IMG/VR virus record: IMGVR_UViG_3300045931_000157
Span: 1 to 59,828 of that record
DNA length: 59,828 nt
DNA from: a virus
Lineage: Duplodnaviria; Caudoviricetes
Strand: one strand, 5' to 3'
This document shows, one piece after another, positions 1 through 9,599 of the stretch. Position numbers and translations under genes: made by a program. Under the pieces are notes generated by a model. It ran no database searches, was not told where the DNA came from, and worked only from the letters and a program-made list of their open reading frames with translations. Every line of letters starts with the position of its first letter. The first letter of the stretch is position 1.

Positions 1-129
1 CAGTGAGCGCGGCACTGTCGCTGGCTTCAGAGACAGCCAGGCTGCCGAACCACTCAACCCGCGCGTCGAAGCTGGCCGTGTCGGCGGCTTCGCTGGCCCC
101 CAGGGACGTGAGCCAGCGCACCAGGCCTG
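1..129. repeat. Terminal direct repeat, left copy (circular assembly overlap)
   Basis: 1-126 is identical to 59700-59825; one mismatch at 127/59826, then 128-129 match again. Confidence 0.95.
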
Positions 130-1801
130 AGCTGGCAGCAGTGTCTGCAGCTTCGGTTGCAGCGAAGCTGGCAAGCCAGCGAACCTGACCAGGGAAGCTG
201 GCAGTGTCCTGGCCTTCAGCTCCAGCCAGCGTGCCCAGCCAGTTCACCTGGCCGGTGGAGCTCGCTATGTCGGTAGCATCGCTGGCTGCCAGGACAGCTG
301 ACCAGGCCACCTGGCCATTGGCGGCTGCAGTGTCGCCAGCTTCAGCTGCGCTGAGCGTGCCAAGCAGGCCGAGCAGGCCAATGCAGCTTGCACTGTCTGC
401 TGCATCACTGGCTGCCAGCGTGGCAAGCCAGCGCACCTGGCTGCTGATGGCTGCAGCATCACCAGCTTCCGTGGCTGCCAGCGTGCCAGCAACCAGGACC
501 TGGCCAGTGAAGGCTGCACCATCCCTGGCTTCGGTGGCTGCTAGAACCGCAACCCGATCCTGCGAACCACCTGCGAACTCGGCAGTATCGGTGGCTGGTG
601 CATACGCTGCACCAGGAGGCGCGATGGCCTCTGTGCCAAACGGCACGACGCGCAGTTCATCCAGCCACAGCGCGGCGGGCACATAGTCGAACTGGGCAGT
701 GTCACCAGCTTCAGTGGCGGCCAGCTCACCCTGCCAGGCCACAGATCCGGGGACTGCGGCAGTGTCGCTGGCTTCAGGAGCAGCCAGCGTGCCGAACCAC
801 TCCACCTGGCCCGCGATCGCGAAGCTGTCCGCAGCCTCAGTGGCAGCCAGGGTTGCCAGGTGCGCGACATTGCCAGTGAATGCTGTGCTGTCGCCCAGTT
901 CAGTGGCAGCCAGCGTGGCAACCCAGCACAGATCGCCAGTGAAGGCTGCACCATCTGCTGCAGCCTCGGTGGCTGCCATGGTGGCGAACCAGGCAGCCTG
1001 GGCATTGAAGGCTGCAGTGTCACCAGCTTCTGTGGCAGCCAGGACAGCAACCCAGCGGACTGTGCCGCTCAGTGCAGCTGCATCACCAGTCTCACTGGCT
1101 GCCAGCGTGGCCAGCCAGGCAGCCTGGGCACTGAAGGCTGGAGTGTCGCCAGTCTCAGTGGCAGCCAGAGCTGTCAGCCAGGTGACCGTGCCAGCTGCTG
1201 CAGCCGTGTCAGCGGCTTCACTGGCTGCCAGCGGAGCAAGCCAGTGCACCGTGCCGCTGGCTGTTGCGATGTCTGCAGCAGCTTCTGTCGCAGCAAGATC
1301 ACCAAGCGTGGTGACCGCGAAGAAGCCTTCAAATGCAGCAGTGTCAGCATTCGGCGCGTAGGCAGAACCAGGAGGCGCGACCGTCGCCGCGCCAAACGGC
1401 ACGACGCGCAGCTCATCCAGCCAGAGCGTGCTTTGAGTGCGGCCGACAATCGCCGCTGTGTCACTGGCTTCGGTTGCAGCCAGCACCGCAACCCAGCGAA
1501 CCGTGCCAGCGAACGCAGCTGTGTCTGCTGCTTCTGTCGCGGCGAGTGGTGCCTGCCAGGCCGCCGTGCCGGTGACATTCGCCGTGTCCTTGGTGGCTTC
1601 CGTGGCAGCGAGCGTGCCGAGCCACGCCACTGAGCCGCTGAAGGCTGCACCATCTGCCAGCTCAGTGACGGCCAGCGTAGCAACCCAGCGAACCGTGCCA
1701 TTGATCGCTGCACCATCTGCAGCTTCAGTGACGATCAGCGCGCCGGTCGAAGCAACCTGTGTCGTCGCACCAATCGGCTTGCCAATATATCCGCCGATCA
1801 T
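1..1801 (-). CDS. 5' part of an ~855-aa Ala-rich 21-aa-repeat virion protein (continues across the junction to 58933)
   Basis: ATG at 1801 reads MIGGYIGKPIGATTQVASTGALIVTEAADGAAINGTVRW with no stop to position 1; joins in frame with the 58933..59820 ORF (1801+767=2568 nt). Not in the ORF track because it runs off the edge. Confidence 0.88.
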   Translation of the reverse strand, partial: MIGGYIGKPIGATTQVASTGALIVTEAADGAAINGTVRWVATLAVTELADGAAFSGSVAWLGTLAATEATKDTANVTGTAAWQAPLAATEAADTAAFAGTVRWVAVLAATEASDTAAIVGRTQSTLWLDELRVVPFGAATVAPPGSAYAPNADTAAFEGFFAVTTLGDLAATEAAADIATASGTVHWLAPLAASEAADTAAAAGTVTWLTALAATETGDTPAFSAQAAWLATLAASETGDAAALSGTVRWVAVLAATEAGDTAAFNAQAAWFATMAATEAAADGAAFTGDLCWVATLAATELGDSTAFTGNVAHLATLAATEAADSFAIAGQVEWFGTLAAPEASDTAAVPGSVAWQGELAATEAGDTAQFDYVPAALWLDELRVVPFGTEAIAPPGAAYAPATDTAEFAGGSQDRVAVLAATEARDGAAFTGQVLVAGTLAATEAGDAAAISSQVRWLATLAASDAADSASCIGLLGLLGTLSAAEAGDTAAANGQVAWSAVLAASDATDIASSTGQVNWLGTLAGAEGQDTASFPGQVRWLASFAATEAADTAASSGLVRWLTSLGASEAADTASFDARVEWFGSLAVSEASDSAALT

Positions 1802-1815
1802 GGTGTGCCTTTAGG

Positions 1816-3408
1816 TCAGGCGAGTTTGACGCCGCTGAAATGCGTGTTGCCTACCGTACCGGCTACGGTTCCTGTGCCTGTTGATACGTTTGGGAAGGCG
1901 TACACCGTGTAGGCATCAGTGCCATTGCAGGTGTCAACGACAGAGACGGTCGCCTGCCCAAATGATGCAGATGTTGCGCCCGCGCCTTTTGCGATCACCG
2001 TGCCGTTCTTGTGGATCGCAACGTTGCAGTCCGCCCCTGCGCCATAAGTGCCAAGGAATTGCAGGGTTGCCGTTAGCAACACTGTACCGGCAGGCGGCGT
2101 CCACGCGCCTGTGCCAGTGTTAAAATAGCCGCCCACATCGAAGTTCTCATTGGGCCAATTAACCGCAGTCCACGCACCATCCGCGAAGCCGGTCTGGTCG
2201 ACGCCATTCTTGTGAGCGCGGAAGGCCGCCTTGCCCGACCCAGCATTGTCCACGTACTGCTTGGTGGCAGCATGCATTGTGCTTGATGGATCAGCGGCCA
2301 GAGTGAGCGGGCCGCCCATCGTGTCACCAGCTTTGTTCAGCGGCGTGTAGTTGAAATCTCTTGTGCTCCAGAGTTTGTAAGAGACTGCGCCGAATGACCA
2401 ACCGCCGAAATAAAAATTGTTGTCCGACTTCATTCCAAAGTTACAGGCGAACGCGCCGCCTCTATGGAACGTGATCGAGGTGTCGGTTGGCGTGTTGCTG
2501 AACACCTGCAACTGGCCGGACATTCCGGCGTATTCGATGTCCTGCGTGCAAGCAGGCAGGCTCAGCGCGCCGGTCAGTGAGCCGCCAGTTGTTGGAAACC
2601 GCGTGTTGATCCAGCCATCAACGTATTGCTTGGTGGCCACCTGCAATGCGGTGCCTGGATCACCAGCAACGATCAACGGATTAAGGATTTCAACATTGGT
2701 CTGGCCGCCACCAATCAGCATCGAGCCGTCGCTGGTGCGGCGTCCGATCTTGTGGCCGAGCGTGCCGACTACGAGAGCTGACGTAGTGATATCATTGCCG
2801 AGCTGTACGTTCTGGCCAACGTTGATGGTGCCGCCGACAGTTAAATGCTCCGCACCCATCGTCCAGGTGCGGGCCGTAGCATCGTAGATGAGGACGTTGC
2901 CGCCTGCCGCTACCGAATACACCCGCCAGGTCGTGTCCTGACCAGGCTCACCGCCGACAAAGAATCGGCCCGCAGTTGTCCAGCCGTCATACCAAAAGCC
3001 AGCTCCAGAGCCGCCGCTTTTGAGCGTCTGGCTGGCTGCAATGCCGCCAGCTGGTGTGAACAGGCCGTTGACAGTCAGCGCACCACTGATGGTGTCGCCG
3101 GTCTTGTTCACCCTTTCATTGGCTGGCTGATCGTGCGTGACGTCCTTGGTGCCGACGCTGAAATTCACCGCGGAGTTGGCATTCGAGGAGGCCAGCACGG
3201 TGTCGCGCACCAGAGCGCCACTGGCCTCGTGACCTTTGCCGCGCTCCCATTCAGCAGCATCGCGGTTTGAAATGTAGTAATCGAAAACGTTTGTTCCGCC
3301 TGGACCGAAGGCAAGATTGAAGGTGCGCTTGCCGTTGACGTTGACCAGCGTCAGGTTGCCGATCCCGGTGCTGGTCGTGGTCTGATGAACCAGGTCTGCG
3401 TAGGCCAT
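1816..3408 (-). CDS. Tail fibre-like protein with C-terminal C1q/TNF-like head domain
   Basis: Fibre motifs (NKTGDTISGAL, ATKQYVD twice); C-terminal AAFRAHKN...FDVGGYFNTGTGAWTPP resembles C1q. Confidence 0.7.
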   Translation of the reverse strand: MAYADLVHQTTTSTGIGNLTLVNVNGKRTFNLAFGPGGTNVFDYYISNRDAAEWERGKGHEASGALVRDTVLASSNANSAVNFSVGTKDVTHDQPANERVNKTGDTISGALTVNGLFTPAGGIAASQTLKSGGSGAGFWYDGWTTAGRFFVGGEPGQDTTWRVYSVAAGGNVLIYDATARTWTMGAEHLTVGGTINVGQNVQLGNDITTSALVVGTLGHKIGRRTSDGSMLIGGGQTNVEILNPLIVAGDPGTALQVATKQYVDGWINTRFPTTGGSLTGALSLPACTQDIEYAGMSGQLQVFSNTPTDTSITFHRGGAFACNFGMKSDNNFYFGGWSFGAVSYKLWSTRDFNYTPLNKAGDTMGGPLTLAADPSSTMHAATKQYVDNAGSGKAAFRAHKNGVDQTGFADGAWTAVNWPNENFDVGGYFNTGTGAWTPPAGTVLLTATLQFLGTYGAGADCNVAIHKNGTVIAKGAGATSASFGQATVSVVDTCNGTDAYTVYAFPNVSTGTGTVAGTVGNTHFSGVKLA

Positions 3409-4868
3409 TAGGTTCGCGTCCCGATTCTCGGATAGCCCGCACTCACAGTGATGGCTTCATTGCCAACGTAGTCACTGCCTTCTTGCACGCCGTCGAGGAA
3501 CAGGCGCGTGACACCTAACGCTCGCCGCATGCCAACGTGGTACTGCACATCGACACTGAGCAGCGTGGTGCCAGTGATCCTCTGCACGCCACCAATCGAA
3601 TAGGCCAGATGGCCGTCCGAGGTGATCGTCAGCTTCGGTCCAGTGCCGCCCCAGTCGATCAAATTGAAATTGTCGTAGCCGCCGATCAGCGCGAAGGTGT
3701 CAACACCGAAGTCGCCAGTGCCTATCGCGAAGTCCGCCAGGCCATCCAGCTGCAGCCAGTCCTCTGGCTCAAGGAACATGGCCGATGCGCCGCCGAACTT
3801 GCTTTTGCTGGTGTCGATCTGAACTGCACCTTGCGGCGTAACGGTGTGCGCATTGCCGCTGCTGTCAGTGAAGGTGCTACTGCCATCGGGGCCATCGTTG
3901 TGCAGCAGTAGGATCGGCCGGCGCGGTGACCAGTCCTCGTTGGCAGCCAGGATGCCGGGGATGGTGTCGGACACGGCAGCAACGAAGCTGCAGGTGTCCA
4001 GGCCACTTTCAGTGACAGCAAGGCTGCCGAGCAGGCCGACCAGGCCAGTGAGTGCAGCAGTATCGGGGAGTCCAGTAACAGCAAGGGCACCAAGCAGACC
4101 GACCAGGCCGCTGTCGCTGGTGAAATCATCAGCCAGGTCATCGGCATCCATGGTGCCGGTGATTTCCGGCAGCACCTCCTTGAAGGCCACATAGGCGCTG
4201 GCGTAGATCGCGCTGACATAGGTGGGATCAGAGGCTGCACCTGTGCCGGTGAAAATCCGGCTTTCGGCGCGGGCGCAGATTTCACCAGTGGTGCCGGTGG
4301 TGGCGCTGTTGCCGTTGGCCCAGGCAGTCCAGCTCGCCGTGGGTGTCAGGTTCGTATTGTTGCCGACCTGGCTGGCAATGCCGCGAACGCGCAAGCATTC
4401 GATGTTCGCAGTGGTAACGTTCAGCGAACCTGGGTCGGCTCCAGTATTGTTGACCAGCTGGCCGGGCGTGCCTTCGATCTGCACAAGATTGCCAGCTGCG
4501 ATGGTCCATTTCCTGGCAGTGAGGCCTGAAGCATCAACCAGCGTGCCACTGCCGAACGTGGCGCGGATGGTGCCGCCAGAGGCCAGGGCACTGGTGGCCA
4601 CGCCATACCAGATCGAGCAGGAGGCACCGCCCTGAGCTGCTACGGCATTGGCGATCTGCGTGGCTTTGAGCAGCGCCTGGCCGCCGATGCCCAGGGTGAC
4701 ACCGCTGCAGGCATTGTCATCGCCGCCGCTGGCGATGTTGTCTGCAGCAACCACCACGCAAACAAATTCGCCCGCCGCGATGGCAGCGGCGGTTGCCAGG
4801 TCAAGCGTGGTCTGATTGTTCGCTGTGCTGCCAGTAGCGCCGAGCGAAACTTCACCGCCAAAGGCCAT
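3408..4868 (-). CDS. Virion adhesin with a few 21-aa repeats and a C-terminal LamG/ConA-like domain
   Basis: LLLHNDGPDGSSTFTDSSGN...SKFGGASA...GTGDF is typical of phage LamG-like domains; central repeats such as LLGSLAVTESGLDT. Confidence 0.65.
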   Translation of the reverse strand: MAFGGEVSLGATGSTANNQTTLDLATAAAIAAGEFVCVVVAADNIASGGDDNACSGVTLGIGGQALLKATQIANAVAAQGGASCSIWYGVATSALASGGTIRATFGSGTLVDASGLTARKWTIAAGNLVQIEGTPGQLVNNTGADPGSLNVTTANIECLRVRGIASQVGNNTNLTPTASWTAWANGNSATTGTTGEICARAESRIFTGTGAASDPTYVSAIYASAYVAFKEVLPEITGTMDADDLADDFTSDSGLVGLLGALAVTGLPDTAALTGLVGLLGSLAVTESGLDTCSFVAAVSDTIPGILAANEDWSPRRPILLLHNDGPDGSSTFTDSSGNAHTVTPQGAVQIDTSKSKFGGASAMFLEPEDWLQLDGLADFAIGTGDFGVDTFALIGGYDNFNLIDWGGTGPKLTITSDGHLAYSIGGVQRITGTTLLSVDVQYHVGMRRALGVTRLFLDGVQEGSDYVGNEAITVSAGYPRIGTRT

Positions 4869-4871
4869 TGC

Positions 4872-5015
4872 TTATGCAGGCGGGATTTTCGGCGGCTCAG
4901 GCTGCTGCTCGGTTGGCTTGCGCTTCACCGTCGGAAACATATCAGGCCGCTCCACGATGTTGATCGTGCCAATTATCTCGGGCAGCTCAGTCTGCTTTTC
5001 GGTTTCCTTCTGCAT
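4872..5015 (-). CDS. Small hypothetical protein (47 aa, MQKETEKQTELPEIIGTINIVERPDMFPT...)
   Basis: GGAGG RBS upstream; fills the gap in the late operon. Confidence 0.55.
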   Translation of the reverse strand: MQKETEKQTELPEIIGTINIVERPDMFPTVKRKPTEQQPEPPKIPPA

Positions 5016-5028
5016 CGTGGCCTCCCGT

Positions 5029-5406
5029 TTAAGCGGCGTGCGTGATGGTGCCGCTGGAGATCGTCACCGTCTGGCCGTTGGTGATCGAGGTCGAGTTCAG
5101 GTTGATGTCCTGGCCTGATGTGCCGACCGTCAAGCCAGTGACGACATCAGTGTTGCCGCCGTCGCGGATGCGGGCCGCCGCAGCAGTGCCGCTCTGCGTC
5201 GCAGTGCCAGACTTCGGCACGCCGGTCATGGTGATGACGCCACCGCTTTCACTGAAGCTCGGATCACCCAGCGTGATCGAAACCAGAGTTTGCGCCATGC
5301 CAGCAGTGCCGATCTCCAGCTTGGCTGGCGCGGCGTTCACGTCAATCGCAGTGATGACAGCCGCCATGCGGGACGACTTCAACGATGCAGCATAGTTCAC
5401 AGCCAT
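5029..5406 (-). CDS. Small beta-rich virion structural protein (125 aa)
   Basis: Thr/Gly/Ser-rich; strong RBS (AAGGAG); located in the appendage module. Confidence 0.7.
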   Translation of the reverse strand: MAVNYAASLKSSRMAAVITAIDVNAAPAKLEIGTAGMAQTLVSITLGDPSFSESGGVITMTGVPKSGTATQSGTAAAARIRDGGNTDVVTGLTVGTSGQDINLNSTSITNGQTVTISSGTITHAA

Positions 5407-5423
5407 AGTCGTTGCTCCTTCTG

Positions 5424-5621
5424 TTACTCGTCGGGTAGATCGAGTCCGTTGATGATTTTTGAAACGTCAGCTTCGGCTTTGATGAGCCGTTGCAGCCCAG
5501 CGTTAAACCGCTCCAGGCCGCCTGGTGTTGTGGTGTCGGTCATCATCACCGTGAACAGATGCTCGAAGTAATTGGTGACCGATTGATCGAGTGCAGCAGT
5601 CAGCAGCTCCTTCGTGATCAT
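5424..5621 (-). CDS. Hypothetical protein (65 aa), paralogue of the 6268..6603 core
   Basis: ATG at 5621 overlaps the endolysin stop; shares the AALD...FxVxMxD...R...G.Q..I.A pattern. Confidence 0.65.
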   Translation of the reverse strand: MITKELLTAALDQSVTNYFEHLFTVMMTDTTTPGGLERFNAGLQRLIKAEADVSKIINGLDLPDE

Positions 5622-6271
5622 GCTGCTTCCGTTTCGATCTTGGAGGCTTCCAGGGCTTCCAGAAAATGGTCGTGGTAGTTTTCGATCAGCTTGCCGATGC
5701 TGACGCCGCCAGACCAATCCGGCACGATGTGCTTGTCGCCGTTGATAATCTCTCTCGCGCCATAAGGATCATCGCTTTCCGAATCGAAGTACCGCGCGAA
5801 CGTCTGCGGCTTGCCGTCATTGCCGGTGCGGAACCAGCCTTCGCTCATGCCGCGAAACATCACCGCTGCTGCGATGATGAGTTCAAGCGCGCGGTGTGCA
5901 TGCCATTCCAGGTCATTCTCATCGGCCAGCTCAAGCTCGCGCGTGGCGCGGGCATAGTTGTCGCGCCAGGTGAGCTGCACAAAACCGCGCCCGTAATAGG
6001 TCTGCTTGGTTTCAGGATCGGGCACGCCATAGGGCTGACCAGCTCCCTGGCCGTATTCCTCAATCGGCTGCATGGTCGAGGCGGTTTCGTGGATCGTCGT
6101 CGCCAGCGCGTAGGCCAGCCAGCGCAGATCAGTATTCATGCCGCGCAGCTGCAGTAACTCCCAGCCCAGCAGGATGGCTTCCTGACCATCAACCTGGTCA
6201 TCAGTCATGCTGCCGTAGAACAGCGAAGCGCGAACGCTGTCGAAGTATTTTTTCCGGTCAAAGCGGATCAT
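5618..6271 (-). CDS. Endolysin, glycoside hydrolase family 19-like
   Basis: YALATTIHETASTMQPIEE, YYGRGFVQLTWRDNY and AREIING motifs. Confidence 0.88.
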   Translation of the reverse strand: MIRFDRKKYFDSVRASLFYGSMTDDQVDGQEAILLGWELLQLRGMNTDLRWLAYALATTIHETASTMQPIEEYGQGAGQPYGVPDPETKQTYYGRGFVQLTWRDNYARATRELELADENDLEWHAHRALELIIAAAVMFRGMSEGWFRTGNDGKPQTFARYFDSESDDPYGAREIINGDKHIVPDWSGGVSIGKLIENYHDHFLEALEASKIETEAA

Positions 6272-6603
6272 TGCTTTTGTTCCTGTGGCGGTTCACACAG
6301 CGGCGGATTCCAGGCGAACACCTCATCGCGTGCATAGAGGTAGGCGCTGATGGCGTTCTGCATTCCCTTGTGAGCGCGTGCTGGCTGGTCCTTGCTGTCC
6401 GACATCCAGACCGAAAAGGTCTTCGCGATGCTTTCCTGCAAGGCTGCATCCAGCGCGGCCAGCATGGTGGTGCGGACCTTCAGCCTGGTCAGCACGTCAA
6501 AGCATTGCGTGAGCTGTCGCGACAGCGGCTGTGAGCGCGGTTCGACATGGAGCGCCAGCCCGGTCGCCAGTGCGAGCAGGACCACCACGCCTACGGTGCG
6601 CAT
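6268..6603 (-). CDS. Hypothetical exported or membrane-anchored protein
   Basis: N-terminal hydrophobic stretch MRTVGVVVLLALATGLAL; coupled to the endolysin. Confidence 0.65.
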   Translation of the reverse strand: MRTVGVVVLLALATGLALHVEPRSQPLSRQLTQCFDVLTRLKVRTTMLAALDAALQESIAKTFSVWMSDSKDQPARAHKGMQNAISAYLYARDEVFAWNPPLCEPPQEQKQ

Positions 6604-6605
6604 TG

Positions 6606-6899
6606 CTATTTTTTCTTGCGCTTTGGCTGCTCAGCCTGGGGCTTCGGCTCCTGGTATGGCGCCGGTATTTTCAGCTTCGGCTGCGGCGGCGGTGTCTCTT
6701 GTGGCATCAACCCAGGCGGCATTTCGCGCCCGGTTGAACATGCAGCTGGCGTGTTGCCCTTGGCGATCCAGACGCGCACCGCATCTGCAATCTCAACATC
6801 ACCCTGCAGGTCCACGCCTTCCCACTTGATGCCGTTGACGACAGCGATCACCCATCGCTCGCTGTCGGTGTAGCTGTACTCAACCGGGCCGATGTTCAT
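6606..6899 (-). CDS. Hypothetical protein, possible fibre chaperone
   Basis: Directly follows the fibre gene; likely start MNIGPVEYSY. Confidence 0.55.
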   Translation of the reverse strand: MNIGPVEYSYTDSERWVIAVVNGIKWEGVDLQGDVEIADAVRVWIAKGNTPAACSTGREMPPGLMPQETPPPQPKLKIPAPYQEPKPQAEQPKRKKK

Positions 6900-6903
6900 T
6901 TGC

Positions 6904-9252
6904 TTAAAACCGTGCGTTGGCGTGAGCGGTGAATTGGACCGATGAACTGCCAACACCCGATGTGGTCCAGGTCGCCACTAACGAATTCGTTGAGGAGGCT
7001 CCTAGCGATAGGCCAGAGCCGTTGGCGTAAGTTGCACCGGTTATTGTCATCGCAGGCGCGACTCTCATGTTTGGCGAAATCGGGAAGCCGTAGCCGATCA
7101 ACTGAGCGGCAGGTGCGTAGCCGTAGGCATACCAATTCGACATTGCCGCGAAATGGCGGCGGCACAGCTGCAGTTCAGTATCGAAGCCACGAATGCAGTC
7201 CGGCAACTGCGCCTGCGTTGGCCCGACCGTCCCTGGGTACATCGCGAAGCCGGTCACATAAATTGTGCTGCCTGCAATCGCGAAAGTGTTGACAGCTCCA
7301 GCAACCGAAAGACCGTTGCCGGTATTGGCCCAGGTGTTCGGCGCGATCTGCCAGTTGGTGCCCGCCATCAGGGTGATGGCAAACGATGCAGACCTTGACC
7401 ATGGATTGAGCGTCAGGTGACCGCTCGCGGAGGCATCACCTGGAATGGTGACGGTGTGGTATTGCCAGCCGCTCGCGACAGTGTGGTTGACCGTTGTGAC
7501 ATAACTGCGCTGTGCGGTCGCGTTGCCTTCCGTGTAGGTGCGGAAGCTGATCGGAAAATTGCCAGTCCAGCTCGACCACATCCAAAAGCAGATCGTGATG
7601 GGGCGAGCTTGTGATTGGCCCCAGCCCAGCATCGCCAGGCGCGCATGTTCAATCGGCTGCAGGATGCAGCAAATATCGGCGGCGGCTGGCGTGCCGATGG
7701 TGTTCGCATTGGTGACTGCCAGCGAACTGCGGATGCCGTAGCCATGATTGGTGGCAACCTGCGGCGCGAAGGTGGCGGTAGGTGCTCCCGAGGTGACCAC
7801 CTGCCACTGATCCTGGGCATACATGATCGTGTTCGCAGGGACGTTTTGACCAGCTCCTGCAAACTGCTGCGACACGTCCATCACTGGATTCAAAAAAATG
7901 TTGGCAGTCTGAGAAAAACTCCGCACGCCAGCAACCGCTGCAGCTGCAGCAGCTGCCGCTGTCTGATCAGCATACAGCTTGGTGGCAGCATGGGAATCGA
8001 CGCTCGGTGCACCGCTGAGCACAAGCGACCCGCCAGCCAGCTGAAATTGTCCGCCGTCGAAATAGAGGTAGCGCGCTTTCGAGGTGCCGAAATGATAAAC
8101 GCCGGTGTTGGAATCTCGCGCGGCAGTCACGTCACCGAAAACGCTGTCAGTGCCGACCCCGGCCCTGTACCTGAGCGCATTGACGCCGTTAGCATCAATC
8201 GTTGCGAAGGTCGTCGCCCCATCCGCCGACTGAATGTAATTGACAGTGCCGCGCCAATAGTTGTCGCCAGCTCCAAGATGGAATGACGACAAGCCGCCAG
8301 GGCTGGACAGGGCGAGGTAGGCACCTGAGCAGGTGAGCGTTCCGCCGTTGATGGTCAGGGAGCCAGCAGTCAGTGCACCTGGGACGGTCAGCCCGCCCAG
8401 CAGCGAGACAAGCCCTGTCGCACCGTTGATCGTAACGACATTGCTGCCCATGCCAGCAGCGAAGATGCGGAACACATCACCTGTCGGATCAGTGCCGACA
8501 AAAAACCGATCAGGCGCGGCATCGGTGCCATACCAAAGCCCCGCGCCCACAGTTTGGTGCGCGATGTGGTTTTGGCCGAGCAGGTTCAGCGGTCGCTGAA
8601 ACGTGGGGCTTCCGCCAGTGGGGATGAAAAACGGGACGATGCCCCCGGCCACGTCATAAAGAAAAAACGAACCGTCAGTTTGCTTTCCGATCTGCCACTT
8701 GGCGACACCTGACTGGCAAAGGTTGAGAACTGCCTGCTGCGAGGCCTGCTGCGGATCAATGTTGATCTGGCCGATGCCAGTGGCAGGCGTGAGAAATAAA
8801 TTGCCGGTCAGTGTGCCGCCTGCGAGCGGCAACACTTTCTGCCAGGTCTGATTCTGGCGACCGTAGGCGAAGCCATCATTTGCTGCGTCGAGCAATCCAC
8901 CAGGTGAGATGGACCACGCAGCATTGCGTCGCGAGTAATACTGACCGTCTGATGGTGGGTCCGCGATGATGCCCTGCGGGCCAGTTGGCCCCGGAATGCC
9001 TTGCGCGCCTTGCGGGCCTTGTGCCCCAGCCGGTCCAGTCGGCCCTGCTACACCTGGAGGACCTTGTGCCCCTGGGAAGCCTGTATTGCCTTGCGCTCCT
9101 TGCGGGCCAATCTCCCCCATCGGCCCCTTCGGACCAGGTGGGCCAGGTGGTCCAGGCAGGCCGTGGTCTGGTGCAACGATGGTGATTTCGTCGCCAGCTT
9201 CCTGGATGATTTCGATGTTGCCAGGTGCAGTGCCCGCTACAACCGTGGTCAT
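6904..9252 (-). CDS. Tail fibre with N-terminal collagen-like Gly-X-Y region
   Basis: [18 protein letters not shown]...; [16 protein letters not shown] repeats; C-terminal ELQLCRRHF motif typical of fibres. Confidence 0.8.
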   Translation of the reverse strand: MTTVVAGTAPGNIEIIQEAGDEITIVAPDHGLPGPPGPPGPKGPMGEIGPQGAQGNTGFPGAQGPPGVAGPTGPAGAQGPQGAQGIPGPTGPQGIIADPPSDGQYYSRRNAAWSISPGGLLDAANDGFAYGRQNQTWQKVLPLAGGTLTGNLFLTPATGIGQINIDPQQASQQAVLNLCQSGVAKWQIGKQTDGSFFLYDVAGGIVPFFIPTGGSPTFQRPLNLLGQNHIAHQTVGAGLWYGTDAAPDRFFVGTDPTGDVFRIFAAGMGSNVVTINGATGLVSLLGGLTVPGALTAGSLTINGGTLTCSGAYLALSSPGGLSSFHLGAGDNYWRGTVNYIQSADGATTFATIDANGVNALRYRAGVGTDSVFGDVTAARDSNTGVYHFGTSKARYLYFDGGQFQLAGGSLVLSGAPSVDSHAATKLYADQTAAAAAAAAVAGVRSFSQTANIFLNPVMDVSQQFAGAGQNVPANTIMYAQDQWQVVTSGAPTATFAPQVATNHGYGIRSSLAVTNANTIGTPAAADICCILQPIEHARLAMLGWGQSQARPITICFWMWSSWTGNFPISFRTYTEGNATAQRSYVTTVNHTVASGWQYHTVTIPGDASASGHLTLNPWSRSASFAITLMAGTNWQIAPNTWANTGNGLSVAGAVNTFAIAGSTIYVTGFAMYPGTVGPTQAQLPDCIRGFDTELQLCRRHFAAMSNWYAYGYAPAAQLIGYGFPISPNMRVAPAMTITGATYANGSGLSLGASSTNSLVATWTTSGVGSSSVQFTAHANARF

Positions 9253-9599
9253 CGCGACGGCCCCGCATTCACAATGAAATCGCCGTGCCAGATGTCCTGC
9301 TTGAGGCCGTTCTGATCCATCACCAGCGATTGCTCGAAAGTGCCCAGGCCCAGCTCAAGCAGCTGCAGCTGCGTGACCAGGATCGAGAACTCGCCACCAG
9401 CTGCACTGATGATCGTGATGCCTTCACCGGGATCCGTGGACAGCGAAAGGAACACGGTCGCATCTTCAGCGCGCCGCCGCAGCTTCATCACGAACGCAGA
9501 GCCGGTCAGGTTGACCGGCGCGCCGTCCTGCGTCTTGTAGATGAAGCCGCGATAGAAATCGGCATCGTTGAAAACGGTGATGTTGACGATGGCCATCAC
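9249..9599 (-). CDS. BppU-like Ig-fold fibre adaptor
   Basis: DGAPVNLTG motif; similar to 58517..58936. Confidence 0.55.
   Translation of the reverse strand: MMAIVNITVFNDADFYRGFIYKTQDGAPVNLTGSAFVMKLRRRAEDATVFLSLSTDPGEGITIISAAGGEFSILVTQLQLLELGLGTFEQSLVMDQNGLKQDIWHGDFIVNAGPSR

Noticed and set aside
1-1801. Ice-nucleation protein or CRISPR-like array in the repetitive region
   Set aside because: Period is 21 aa and degenerate at DNA level; no AGYGST octamers and no identical repeats with unique spacers
3-1814. Plus-strand Ala/Ser-rich ORFs (204..686, 699..1361, 1437..1814 and others)
   Set aside because: Antisense shadows of the minus-strand repeat gene
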